A model generated the notes under the pieces. That model did no database searches. It was not told the DNA's origin and saw only the letters and a list, made by a program, of their open reading frames with translations. A stretch of DNA of 57,861 nucleotides, taken from the NCBI GenBank assembly GCA_037146995.1, contig JBAWWA010000008.1:1-57861 (forward strand), written 5' to 3'. The position numbers and the translations under genes are program-made. This document shows, piece after piece, positions 7,994 to 17,659 of the stretch (the first letter of the stretch is position 1; each line of letters opens with the position of its first letter). The stretch is from a bacterium. Lineage in GTDB: Bacteria; Patescibacteriota; Patescibacteriia; Patescibacteriales; GWE2-39-37.

Positions 7994-10219
7994 ATGATAC
8001 AAAAAATAATCACTATGCCGCAAAAATTTTACACCTGGATTTTAAAGGGGGGTGTTTTATTCGCGTTTTTAACGCCGTTCTTTGTCTTTAACAATCTTTT
8101 GTTTCCTTACATTACCTCGAAGCAAATTCCGTTCAATATTATCGTTGAGATAATGGTGGTTTTTTGGGCGGTGTTATTAGTTAAATATCCAAAGTATCGG
8201 CTAAAAAAGAATTGGATTACGATTTCTATGGCAGCCTTCTTTGCGGCCTTGTTGGTCTCGGCGTTATTGGGAGTTGATTTTAATCTTAGCTTTTGGGGCG
8301 ATATTGAACGCATGCTTGGCGTATTTCATTTACTCCACTTTTTCTTGCTTTATTTGATAATCATTACGGTTTTCAGGACTGATCTTGATTGGCAGATTTT
8401 AATCATGGGTCTAGTTGGTTCGGCGACTCTAGAGGCAATTTATGCGGTAGCTAATGTTAGCGTTAATAACTATGGTACGCTTGGAAATTCATCCTACATT
8501 TCTGGTCAGATGATTTTTGGTATATTTTTTGCTATATATTTGATGTACAAGCACCGAAACTGGGCCGCATGGCTTGGCTATCTTGGGGCTATTGCCTTCA
8601 TGTTTACCGCTTTTGCCAATGCTGGAACACGTGGTGCTTTCGTGGGTTTAGCTTTTGGCCTTGGTTTGATTGCATTTTTGACTGCGATTTATGCAGCTAA
8701 TAAAAAAGTTAAATATACAGCCTTCGGATTTATTGGATTTGTGGTTGTTTTAACAAGTTTGATTTTTGCCAACAAGGATGCCGCCTGGGTAAATTCAAAT
8801 AAGTTTTTCCTTCGTGTCTCACAAATAGACTTTGCTTCAGGTACTTTTCAGACCCGTCTTTATTCATGGAAGGCGGCAGGCAAGGATTTTCCTAATCATC
8901 CGTTTTTTGGTACTGGCTATGGAAATTTTGCCATCTCCTTTGACAAATACCTTGATCCTAAATTTTTCAGTTTTGAGGCCACTTATTTTGACCACGCACA
9001 CAATAACCTCGTAGACATCGGTTCAACCACTGGCTTGGTAGGGCTTATTACTTACCTTCTGATGTTTGTAGCCATGGGTTATTATTTGATCACACTGCAA
9101 AAGAATAAAAAAATCGATCGTGGGTCGATTGCGGTCATTTGGGGCTTGATTGCTGCATATTTTATCCAAAATATCGTCTTGTTTGATTCGTTTGTGACCT
9201 ATTTCGCCCTAATGGTTCTGTTTGGTTTGGTTTATTGGTACAGTAATCAGGATGATGGTGTTGAGGCAAAGGATCAGCCGACCAATAATGCTGAGTTTGT
9301 CACTTGGTTGGTGGTCGGATCATTGATGTTATTTATTACCTGGCAATACAATATCAATACTTGGAAGATGTTAATCAAGACGATCGATGGCCAAATTGCC
9401 ATGTCACAAACTGGTGACTTGAATAATGTCATTAGTGCTTACAAAGAGGCCTACACTTATGGCTCACCGCTTGATCGTGATAGCAGGACTAGCTTGATTC
9501 AGCTGATGGCCCAACAATCACCCTCATTGTCTAAAATGTCAAAAGATAAGGCAGTTGCTATAATTGATTATGTTGAAAACTTAAATTATTTGAATTTGGC
9601 CTATAATCCAAATGACAGCTTTAATCTGATGATGGCAGCTCAACTTTACAATTCATTCGCTAATTACTACGGTCAGTCAGGCGATATGGCAAAGTATAAT
9701 TCTTATCTCAGTAAAGCTGAAACTTCTATTGATCGGGCAATAGAAACCAATCCTGCCCGTCCGACAAACTACTTTTTTAAGGCGCAATTATTCATGAATC
9801 GCGGCAAAAAGGATGAAGCAGTTCAGTGGCTTGAAAAAGCGGTAGCGCTGAATCCTGATTATCCAGAATCAAGTTGCCAGCTTGGACGAGTAAATCTGTA
9901 TCTTGGTAAGGATAAGGCAGCGTACAAGGCGCTAAATACCTGCATCGACAAGAATGGCGTTTTTAATTTGCAATCAGATCAGATGCAGCAGATAGCCAAG
10001 CATTATTATGAAACCAAGGATTATAAACGCACGGCCATAATCTACGAATATCAGGCGAGTGTCACTCCTAAAGATGGTCGCGTTTGGGCAGCTTTAGCGG
10101 ATATTTATAGACTGGACGGTAATATAGATAAGGCCATAGCCTCGGCTATTAAGGCTGGTGAGGCTGATCCAAAACTGAAAAGCAGTGCTGATAAGTTTAT
10201 TGAAAATTTACGTAAATAG
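7994..10219 (+). CDS. O-antigen ligase (Wzy_C)-like polytopic membrane protein fused to C-terminal TPR repeats
   Basis: There are about 10 hydrophobic helices. Motifs GTRGAFVGL, FFGTGYGNF and HAHNNLVDIGSTTGLVGL are present. The C-terminal ~300 aa carry TPR-like A/Y/L periodicity (NPDYPESSCQLGRVNLYLGKDKAAY...). Confidence 0.75.
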   Translation: MIQKIITMPQKFYTWILKGGVLFAFLTPFFVFNNLLFPYITSKQIPFNIIVEIMVVFWAVLLVKYPKYRLKKNWITISMAAFFAALLVSALLGVDFNLSFWGDIERMLGVFHLLHFFLLYLIIITVFRTDLDWQILIMGLVGSATLEAIYAVANVSVNNYGTLGNSSYISGQMIFGIFFAIYLMYKHRNWAAWLGYLGAIAFMFTAFANAGTRGAFVGLAFGLGLIAFLTAIYAANKKVKYTAFGFIGFVVVLTSLIFANKDAAWVNSNKFFLRVSQIDFASGTFQTRLYSWKAAGKDFPNHPFFGTGYGNFAISFDKYLDPKFFSFEATYFDHAHNNLVDIGSTTGLVGLITYLLMFVAMGYYLITLQKNKKIDRGSIAVIWGLIAAYFIQNIVLFDSFVTYFALMVLFGLVYWYSNQDDGVEAKDQPTNNAEFVTWLVVGSLMLFITWQYNINTWKMLIKTIDGQIAMSQTGDLNNVISAYKEAYTYGSPLDRDSRTSLIQLMAQQSPSLSKMSKDKAVAIIDYVENLNYLNLAYNPNDSFNLMMAAQLYNSFANYYGQSGDMAKYNSYLSKAETSIDRAIETNPARPTNYFFKAQLFMNRGKKDEAVQWLEKAVALNPDYPESSCQLGRVNLYLGKDKAAYKALNTCIDKNGVFNLQSDQMQQIAKHYYETKDYKRTAIIYEYQASVTPKDGRVWAALADIYRLDGNIDKAIASAIKAGEADPKLKSSADKFIENLRK

Positions 10220-10229
10220 TCAAATAAAA

Positions 10230-10264
10230 AACTCCTCAGTCATATTGACTGGGGAGTTTTGTTT
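10230..10264 (+). terminator. Rho-independent terminator
   Basis: aactcctcagtc-atatt-gactggggagtt followed by ttgttt. Confidence 0.7.
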
Positions 10265-10314
10265 AAAGTTTAGTTAGCTATTTGCGTATTTAAAATTCAT
10301 GCTATAATTTAGAT

Positions 10315-11358
10315 ATGATAAAATTAAAAAGAGAAGGGGTTATTATTGAACCCACGCACAATGAATTTGAAAAAAAAGCGGTTTTAAACCCGGGTGTTTT
10401 GCAGGTCGGTAAGGACTTACATATCGTTTACAGGGCTATAGCTGAGAATGGCATTTCTTGTCTTGGCTATGCTAGACTCAATGGTCCAACTAAAATCGCT
10501 GAACGTTGGGATAAGCCATTTATGGTCCCAAAAACCAAAATCGAGTCACACGGCATTGAGGATCCTAGGTTAATGATGGTTGATGGTCAGGTGGTTATGA
10601 CTTACGTAGCTCATGATGGTAAACATGCGGTGATATGTTATTCGATTGGTAACGACCTGTTTAACCTGAAGCGAGGCGGGATTATCAGTCCTCAAATTCC
10701 TTATTCTAAGGCTGGCAAGCTTTTTCGTTATTCAAGCCTCAAAGATGAATATTATTTTTTTGAGTCATTTTATAATAATTATGGCGGCAAGGGTGTGTGG
10801 TTGTGGGAAAAGGATGGAGTGTTTTTCCCGGAAAGGATTAACGGTAAACTGGCCCTGGTTCATCGCATCCTGCCTGACATGCATGTAATATACGCTGACA
10901 ATTTCAAGCAATTAAGGGATAAATTGTATTGGCAAGATTATTTAATGAATTTGCGTAAGTATGTCATGCTTGAACCGGAGTATAACTTTGAGATCAGACA
11001 CTTGGGGGCAGGAGCACCGCCCATTAAAACTCGTTATGGCTGGTTAATGATTTATCACGGCACTGATGAGTCAAATGATGGTCGCACCTATCATGGCGGT
11101 GCAGCGTTGTTTGACAAGAAGGATCCAACCAGATGTATTGCTAGATTGCCTTATCCAATTTTGTCGCCAGATAAGGACTATGAACTCAGAGGGCTAGTAT
11201 CTGAAGTGGTTTTTCCGACAGGTACAGCAATATTTGACGACAAGATGTACATATATTACGGGGCAGCAGACAAATACATAGCCACGGCAAGTATTAAGCT
11301 CGAAAGTTTATTAACCGAGCTGCTGAAATATAAAATTAAGAAACGTAAACTGAAATAA
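10315..11358 (+). CDS. GH130-like (DUF377/PH1107-related) glycosidase or glycoside phosphorylase
   Basis: AVLNPGVL, GIEDPRL and IYYGAADKYIATAS blocks are typical of five-bladed GH130 family proteins. Confidence 0.65.
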   Translation: MIKLKREGVIIEPTHNEFEKKAVLNPGVLQVGKDLHIVYRAIAENGISCLGYARLNGPTKIAERWDKPFMVPKTKIESHGIEDPRLMMVDGQVVMTYVAHDGKHAVICYSIGNDLFNLKRGGIISPQIPYSKAGKLFRYSSLKDEYYFFESFYNNYGGKGVWLWEKDGVFFPERINGKLALVHRILPDMHVIYADNFKQLRDKLYWQDYLMNLRKYVMLEPEYNFEIRHLGAGAPPIKTRYGWLMIYHGTDESNDGRTYHGGAALFDKKDPTRCIARLPYPILSPDKDYELRGLVSEVVFPTGTAIFDDKMYIYYGAADKYIATASIKLESLLTELLKYKIKKRKLK

Positions 11359-11378
11359 AACTCAGTTTACGTTTTTTT
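11342..11378 (+). terminator. Rho-independent terminator overlapping the stop codon
   Basis: Perfect 12-bp stem aacgtaaactga / tcagtttacgtt with the TAA in the loop, followed by ttttt. Confidence 0.75.
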
Positions 11379-11497
11379 AAGGCTAAAAAATTTGCAGTAA
11401 TTTGCTGGGCACGCTACAATTAGAGATGTAATATTTATAATTTTTTAAGTGCTAGAGTTTGCAGTTTCTTAGACAAAAAATTGCCTCCTGATGCCAT

Positions 11498-13741
11498 ATG
11501 AAAAAAGTTAAATCCCCGACTGTTTTGTACGTCTCAACGTTTCCGCCCCGAGAATGTGGCATTGCTACATTTACCGAAGACCTCACTAATGCAATTGATA
11601 AAGAATTTTCACCAGCAGTGAAAAGTAAGGTGGCAGCCATGAACAAGGCCGGCACCTCCCTTTATAATTATCCAACCAAAACCATTGCACAGATCAACGA
11701 TAACGACCTAGAGGATTATATAGTGGTGGCCAAACAGGTGAATAATTCTCCAGATATCAGAGTAGTGAATATACAACACGAATACGGCATTTATGGTGGT
11801 GAATGGGGCGAATATGTTTTGCCATTTATGGAGTTGATTAAAAAGCCGATTGTTTTGACCATGCATACGGTTTTGCCAAATCCTGAGGATTGGGATGAGC
11901 GTGAAAAATTAATCAAAGTCACGGCTAAAATTGCCGAGAAGGCAGACAAGATAATTGTCATGACCAATAGCGCCTCAAAGCTTTTGCAAACACTTTATGA
12001 GGTGCCAGCAGAAAAGATAGCTATCGTGCCACATGGTGTTCATCATATTGCTTTTCCATCAAAAACCAAGGCCAAGGTTAAACTGAATCTTGAAGGACGA
12101 ACCGTGCTTTCAACTTTTGGTATGTTGAATCGTGATAAAGGCATTGAATATGCAATCAAGGCGTTACCGGAAGTTATAAAAAAATATCCTAAAGTAATAT
12201 ATTTGGTTTTGGGCGCCACCCATCCGGTAGTCAGACGTGAAGAGGGTGAGGTTTATCGTACCAAGTTAGAGCGCATGGTGGAGCGCTTAAATCTACAGGA
12301 CAACGTAAAATTTTATGATAAATATCTAACACTTGATGAATTGATTGAATTTCTTAAGGCCACGGATATCTACGTTTCACCAACCTTAAATCCGCTTCAG
12401 GCTGTCTCTGGTACCATTTCTTATGCCTTGTCATGTGCTTGTCCAATTGTGGCGACCGCCAATCAATATGCCATTGATGTGGTTAATCATGAACGTGGTC
12501 GATTGGTAAAATTTAAAAGTTCGAACTCGATTGAAAAGGCCTTGCTTGAATTACTAGGTGACAAGAAGTTACGTGAAGAGATGAAAAAGAATAGTTATTA
12601 TTATTCACGTCATATGACTTGGCAAAATGTGGCCTTGTCATATTTCCAAGTTTTTAATCAGTTTGCCAATATCATTCCGAGAGAAAAGGATAAATTGCCA
12701 ACTATAAATCTTGGTCATATTGAAACACTGACTGATCGTTTTGGGATGATTCAATTTGCAACCCATACCAAGCCAGATTTGAATTCTGGTTATTGTGTTG
12801 ATGACAATGCTAGAATTTTACTCGCTATGGTGGATTTATATAAACACCATCCGAAAAAAGAGTCGCTCGACTTACTTAAAAAATATTTTAAGTTTGTAAA
12901 ATACGTTCAAAAGCCAAATGGTAAATTTTATAATTTTGTAAATAAATATCGCAAGTTTACAGATAAATCTGAATCCGAGGACTCATTTGGTCGAACTATT
13001 TGGGCACTTGGTCACGTTGTCAGCAGTCCGGACTTGCCAAAAGAGATTATCGGCGAAGCCTGCGATATGTTGAGCGGGGCGATGCATTGGAGCAAGGAGC
13101 TAGAGTCGTCGCGGGCGATTGCTTTTTCGATTTTGGGCCTATGTCAGGCGCAGTCGAATTTTTTGTGCACCAAGGGTTTAGGTGAAGTTGAGAAATTAAT
13201 TCGTGGGTTGTCTGACGAACTGGTTAGGCGTTACGAAGAGGAGCAACTAAAGCCCGGCCATGTTAAGTGGCATTGGTTTGAGGATTCGTTAACCTATTCA
13301 AACTACAAGATGTCAGAGGCGATGTTTCGCGCTTATCAGGCGACCAATGATAAGAAATACTTAAAAATTGCCGAGGAGAGTTTGGAATTTTTAGCCTCAG
13401 TAAATTTTGAAGATAAGTTTTTTATGGCGATTGGTCAGGACGGCTGGTATTTCCGTGATGGTAAACGCGCCTACTATGACCAGCAACCAGAGGATGCCGC
13501 TTCGGCTACTGAGGCCTTAATTACTGCTTTTGAGTTGACCGGTAATGAGACATATAGGGATCGGGCCAAGATTGCCTTTGAATGGTTTTTGGGTAAAAAT
13601 CATTTGAACCAAATGCTTTATGACGAGGCCACTGGCGGTTGTTATGATGGCTTGGGTCGTGATTCGATTAATTTTAATCAGGGTGCTGAGTCCACAATCT
13701 CTTATTTGCTGGCTCGTTTAGCCATGGAGCGGATTAAATAA
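11498..13741 (+). CDS. Family-4 (GT-B) glycosyltransferase fused to a ~340-aa C-terminal domain of possible (alpha/alpha)6-barrel type
   Basis: The N-terminal half has the GT4 layout (VLYVSTFPPRECGIATF..., E-x7-E-like region ISYALSCACPIVAT). The C-terminal half (from ~LGHIETLTDRFGMIQFA) is a separate helical-repeat-looking domain. Confidence 0.7.
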   Translation: MKKVKSPTVLYVSTFPPRECGIATFTEDLTNAIDKEFSPAVKSKVAAMNKAGTSLYNYPTKTIAQINDNDLEDYIVVAKQVNNSPDIRVVNIQHEYGIYGGEWGEYVLPFMELIKKPIVLTMHTVLPNPEDWDEREKLIKVTAKIAEKADKIIVMTNSASKLLQTLYEVPAEKIAIVPHGVHHIAFPSKTKAKVKLNLEGRTVLSTFGMLNRDKGIEYAIKALPEVIKKYPKVIYLVLGATHPVVRREEGEVYRTKLERMVERLNLQDNVKFYDKYLTLDELIEFLKATDIYVSPTLNPLQAVSGTISYALSCACPIVATANQYAIDVVNHERGRLVKFKSSNSIEKALLELLGDKKLREEMKKNSYYYSRHMTWQNVALSYFQVFNQFANIIPREKDKLPTINLGHIETLTDRFGMIQFATHTKPDLNSGYCVDDNARILLAMVDLYKHHPKKESLDLLKKYFKFVKYVQKPNGKFYNFVNKYRKFTDKSESEDSFGRTIWALGHVVSSPDLPKEIIGEACDMLSGAMHWSKELESSRAIAFSILGLCQAQSNFLCTKGLGEVEKLIRGLSDELVRRYEEEQLKPGHVKWHWFEDSLTYSNYKMSEAMFRAYQATNDKKYLKIAEESLEFLASVNFEDKFFMAIGQDGWYFRDGKRAYYDQQPEDAASATEALITAFELTGNETYRDRAKIAFEWFLGKNHLNQMLYDEATGGCYDGLGRDSINFNQGAESTISYLLARLAMERIK

Positions 13742-13874
13742 ATTTAATTTTATTCCTCTCTAAAAAGAGAATGTCTGAATGACGGTTTATCTTTTGTCTC
13801 TGTTAACGAATTAAAACACAACACACCCCGTCGCCTGCTGACGCCACCCCTCTCGAGAGGGGAATTTAAAAAAA

Positions 13875-14441
13875 ATGAAAAAAGATTATACAAAATTTGT
13901 CGATAAAATAATCAAGCAGCACGCTAATTATAAGCGTGCTGAATTTGAAGATCGCAACGTCCTTGAGCGCAAGATTTTTCCCTGGGTGTTGTCAGAGTTA
14001 GAACCTAAAACTATTTTGGATATCGGCCGGGAGGAATATCAAAAATTTTATAATGAATTTTTTGTTGGTAGGGAATTGTGGTCGATGGATTTTGATCCCA
14101 AGCGCAAAAAATGGGGTGCCAAGAACCACAAGACCGGTGACGCTGCTGACGTAGCCGAGATGTTTGAGGCCAAATATTTTGACGTGGTATTTATGAATGG
14201 TGTTTTTGGTTGGGGGCTTAACGAACCGAAAAAAATTGAAAAGTGTTTTGCTGGTATCTATAAAATTTTAAAGCCAGGTGGTCTTTTTATTTTAGGTTAC
14301 AACGATTGGGACGTCTTGCCCATGCAACCAACCGAAATCAAAAGCCTAAAAAAGCTAAAACCTTTTATCTTCCCCCCACTCAATGCTGAGAAGTTTAAGT
14401 GTATTAATGGCGAACATACTTATCGGTTTTATAAGAAGTAA
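13875..14441 (+). CDS. Class-I SAM-methyltransferase-fold protein with atypical motif I
   Basis: ILDIGREEYQ (motif I position, no GxGxG), SMDFDP, FDVVFMNGVFGW, ILKPGGLFILGYN. Confidence 0.45.
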   Translation: MKKDYTKFVDKIIKQHANYKRAEFEDRNVLERKIFPWVLSELEPKTILDIGREEYQKFYNEFFVGRELWSMDFDPKRKKWGAKNHKTGDAADVAEMFEAKYFDVVFMNGVFGWGLNEPKKIEKCFAGIYKILKPGGLFILGYNDWDVLPMQPTEIKSLKKLKPFIFPPLNAEKFKCINGEHTYRFYKK

Positions 14442-14447
14442 TTTATT

Positions 14448-14798
14448 ATGAGTAAGACGAAAAAAATATTAGCTATATTTTTTGCACCATTGATAATTGC
14501 AATCTTGGCTATATTTTCCTTTAATTTGGCTATTAGGATAGAAAGTTTATTATTTGCCTTCGTTTTTATTTTGGTATTAGTAAATATTATCGCTTTTGTA
14601 TCTGGCTTTAAAATTGGTGTAACTAGAGGTAGTAAAATTGGATATTCGATCTTAATATTAATATTAAGCATTCTTTATGTTTTAATAGGACTAATTCCAG
14701 GGGATATGCTCCTCATGATGATAGCCGAGCTTATCCAGCATTTACGTCCTTTTGTTCATATTGGATTCCACCTCCCTTTTGAATTTACTTTAAAATAA
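14448..14798 (+). CDS. Small integral membrane protein (hypothetical)
   Basis: 116 aa with 3-4 hydrophobic helices, packed between flanking genes with 6-nt and 2-nt gaps. Confidence 0.5.
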   Translation: MSKTKKILAIFFAPLIIAILAIFSFNLAIRIESLLFAFVFILVLVNIIAFVSGFKIGVTRGSKIGYSILILILSILYVLIGLIPGDMLLMMIAELIQHLRPFVHIGFHLPFEFTLK

Positions 14799-14800
14799 AC

Positions 14801-15964
14801 ATGAAAAAAGAAAATATAATTGACTTAGCTAAAGAAAAAGCCATTGAGGTTTTAAGGGGGAGTGTGCGACCGAAAGGTTTTCACGCCTCGGCACTCAAGG
14901 GTGGGTATGAGGCGCTGTGGGCGCGTGATTCGATGACCTGTTCGCTGGGGGCCTCGCTGGTTGGCGAGGAATTTAAACAAGCGATGAAAAATAGTTTGGA
15001 GACACTTGCTAAAAATCAAACTGATTTGGGCCTCATTCCTAATTGTGTTGGCTCGTATAATACCGAACGTGAGTCTGATGTGACTTTTAATTCGATTGAT
15101 GCGCCACAGTGGTATATTATCGGACATTATATATACGCTAAGGCTTACAAAGATGAATCTTTATTAAAAAAATATAAAGCCTCGATCTTGAATGCTTTGT
15201 CGTGGTTACGTCATCAGGATCCAAACAATGACAACTTGATTGTGCAACAACCAACTGCTGATTGGATGGACGCTTTTCCGCACAAATACGGTCGGGTTTT
15301 GCATACTCAGGCTTTGCAGTATGGTTTATTGTGTATGCTAGGTGAAAATGAGTTAGCAGAAAAGGTCAAGAATACCGTTAACGGCGTTGAGCCAAAATAT
15401 TTAGCGCTTTACGATAAAGAGCGCGGTTATTATTTGCCTTGGGCTTGGAAAGACCACAGCGGTGATCGCGAACAAGAAGAATGGTTTGATTCGGCTGCAA
15501 ATTGTTTGGCAGTGATTACTGGCTTAGCTACACCCAAAACTGCTAAACAGATTGTGACTTATATTGAAAAAGAAAAAATTAATTTGCCTTATGGTTGCAA
15601 AAATATTTGGCCGCCCATAAAACCAGGGAGTGCTGCTTGGAAGCCGTATTTCAATAACTGCGATGCGCGAACGCCCATGAACTACATTAATGCTGGCGTC
15701 TGGCCCTGGATTGGTGGGCTTTATGTGGCAGCTTTAGTCAAGGTCGGTGAATTTAAAAAAGCAGAAAAAGAGCTAGAGCGATTAGCCAAGGGCAATATGC
15801 AGACTTTACAAATCAGAGATTTGGATAAGGGTTATGAATTTAACGAGTGGCTTGATGGCGTGACCGGTGAGCCCAAGGGCGAGCCTTATCAGGCCTGGTC
15901 AGCGGGCCTGTATTTGTATGCCTATGAATGCGTCAAGCAAAAAAGAGTGATTTATTTTGATTAG
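14801..15964 (+). CDS. Amylo-alpha-1,6-glucosidase (GDE_C)/neutral-invertase-like (alpha/alpha)6 glycoside hydrolase
   Basis: GGYEALWARDSMTCSLGA, ADWMDAFP and YINAGVWPWIGGLY blocks fit six-hairpin glycosidases. Confidence 0.6.
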   Translation: MKKENIIDLAKEKAIEVLRGSVRPKGFHASALKGGYEALWARDSMTCSLGASLVGEEFKQAMKNSLETLAKNQTDLGLIPNCVGSYNTERESDVTFNSIDAPQWYIIGHYIYAKAYKDESLLKKYKASILNALSWLRHQDPNNDNLIVQQPTADWMDAFPHKYGRVLHTQALQYGLLCMLGENELAEKVKNTVNGVEPKYLALYDKERGYYLPWAWKDHSGDREQEEWFDSAANCLAVITGLATPKTAKQIVTYIEKEKINLPYGCKNIWPPIKPGSAAWKPYFNNCDARTPMNYINAGVWPWIGGLYVAALVKVGEFKKAEKELERLAKGNMQTLQIRDLDKGYEFNEWLDGVTGEPKGEPYQAWSAGLYLYAYECVKQKRVIYFD

Positions 15965-16058
15965 TACTTATTTGCATTTTTTCATATTATTTTGTAGTCT
16001 GTAGTTATTGTTGTTCATTAGGACTCTAGACGTTTTCCTTTATAAAAGGAGGTTGATC

Positions 16059-16445
16059 ATGAAATTACTTGGCCAGTTGTGTCTTAGATGCTCTGTGACA
16101 AAGTCTCTGCGTTTGCGGGTAGTATATCTGACTAAAATTGCCGAACAAAAGCATCGGATCCTATCACTTTTACAGCAAGATTTTAGTAATGACTTTGAAG
16201 ATGGGCCTTGGGAGGCTGAATATGTCGAGATGAGATACTTGTTTGAACAAATGGATATTGGCTGTTTTCAATGCGAGGGCGCAGAGGCAGTTATTAGTCA
16301 AATGGTTGATGAGTATATGATCGAAAAATTGCATGAGGTTAATAATGATGAGGCCGAGCTAGATGAAATTGAAACTGGCGTTAGGCCAGTGGCGAAAGTC
16401 ATTAGCATGAGCAAGGAAAGGCGAAAAAGAGAGAGTAAGAGATAG
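16059..16445 (+). CDS. Hypothetical acidic protein with basic tail
   Basis: The ATG is preceded by AAAGGAGG 6-7 nt upstream. The tracked ORF start at 16008 is a TTG without a Shine-Dalgarno. Confidence 0.45.
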   Translation: MKLLGQLCLRCSVTKSLRLRVVYLTKIAEQKHRILSLLQQDFSNDFEDGPWEAEYVEMRYLFEQMDIGCFQCEGAEAVISQMVDEYMIEKLHEVNNDEAELDEIETGVRPVAKVISMSKERRKRESKR

Positions 16446-16452
16446 TAAAAAT

Positions 16453-16481
16453 AAAGGCGCTTCGTTGGAAGCGCCTTTTTT
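16453..16481. terminator. Bidirectional terminator between convergent genes
   Basis: aaaggcgcttc-gttg-gaagcgccttt, with A-run and T-run flanks. Confidence 0.8.
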
Positions 16482-17636
16482 CTATTTGATATTGAGTTTT
16501 TGCGAGATCGTGTCGTAAGCCTGTTTGGCAATCTTGCGATAATGAAATTTGTCTAGGGCATGAGCGGCAGCGGCTCGACCCATTTCTTCGCGCAGATTAT
16601 CATCAGTCAAGAGTTTTAAAGTATATTCAGCTAGTTCATCGATGTTGGCACGGTAGGCAAAGGTTTTTGGTACGTCGAATTGAATGCGATGATCTGCGTC
16701 AAAGCCCATGCTCTCGTATGCCCATTCTGACTCTAGTTTTATCTCCTCGCCGACCTCGGCTAAAAAGCCGGTTTTACCGTGAATGATTGTATCTGCCGGA
16801 CCGCCGACATTGATCGAGATGACCGGTACGCCACATGCTTCGGCCTCAACCTGAATCATGCCGAAACCTTCAAGTCGTGAAGGGGCGGCATAAATATCGC
16901 AGGCGGAAATTAAATACTGCATGAAGTCGTGTGAAAAAGCGCCGGATAAATATTTGATCTTGTCACGATTTAATCCAAGCTCTTCGATAAGATCTTCTTC
17001 TTCGGAATTATGGATCTCTGCACTTTCTGATTCCCAATGTTTTAAAACATATTTCCAATCCTTGAATTGCTCATCAACTTTAACGAGTGCTTTAAACATT
17101 TCTTGGGCGCCTTTGCTGGTAACGTCGCCACCGATCGTGAGAATCATTTTTTCATGTGGTTGTACACCCAACATGGCGCGGAGCTGTTGAATTTTGGGGT
17201 CAGATTTCGGGATCGGCTTAACTTCTTCTGGATCAATGCCAATATGCAGAGTCTCAAAATTTTTGACGTCGACGCCATCACGCTTGTAGGTGTCAGTGAC
17301 CCAATTGGCGGTAGTAAAGACTAGTGGCAAGTCGCTGATTTGTTTGTGATAATTGGCCACCCAGCCATTGGCAACAAACCAAGGCACTGGAATAATGCCA
17401 TGATTTTGGGGGCTGAAAATTAAGTTTGGTGCATATGTCCAACAGCCAATGCCAATGGCAATGTCGGGCTTGAAGGCACTAAGTACCCATTGCTTTTGAA
17501 ATGATGGGTTGTAATGGCAAGGCATGACTTCGACGCCCATCTCCTTGAGTCCTCGATAGAGTAAGTTTCCTTGAATACTAAGTCCGTCTGATTCGACGGG
17601 GTGTGAATATAGAACTGCGATTTTCATTCTAATCAA
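16482..17636 (-). CDS. Family-4 glycosyltransferase (GT-B fold)
   Basis: The block PSRLEGFGMIQVEAEACGVPVI is present, with the GT4 layout and 384 aa. The start is uncertain: TTG at 17636 or ATG at 17627. Confidence 0.8.
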   Translation of the reverse strand: MIRMKIAVLYSHPVESDGLSIQGNLLYRGLKEMGVEVMPCHYNPSFQKQWVLSAFKPDIAIGIGCWTYAPNLIFSPQNHGIIPVPWFVANGWVANYHKQISDLPLVFTTANWVTDTYKRDGVDVKNFETLHIGIDPEEVKPIPKSDPKIQQLRAMLGVQPHEKMILTIGGDVTSKGAQEMFKALVKVDEQFKDWKYVLKHWESESAEIHNSEEEDLIEELGLNRDKIKYLSGAFSHDFMQYLISACDIYAAPSRLEGFGMIQVEAEACGVPVISINVGGPADTIIHGKTGFLAEVGEEIKLESEWAYESMGFDADHRIQFDVPKTFAYRANIDELAEYTLKLLTDDNLREEMGRAAAAHALDKFHYRKIAKQAYDTISQKLNIK

Positions 17637-17659
17637 ATTTACTTATTAAACTCCTTTTA

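Noticed and set aside
13847-13862. Perfect 16-nt palindrome cccctctcgagagggg inside a locally GC-rich patch between the GT4-fusion gene and the methyltransferase-fold gene
   Set aside because: It could be a small terminator or operator. However, it has no T-tract on either side, is a single occurrence, and has nothing else to tie it to a function, so it does not support a claim.
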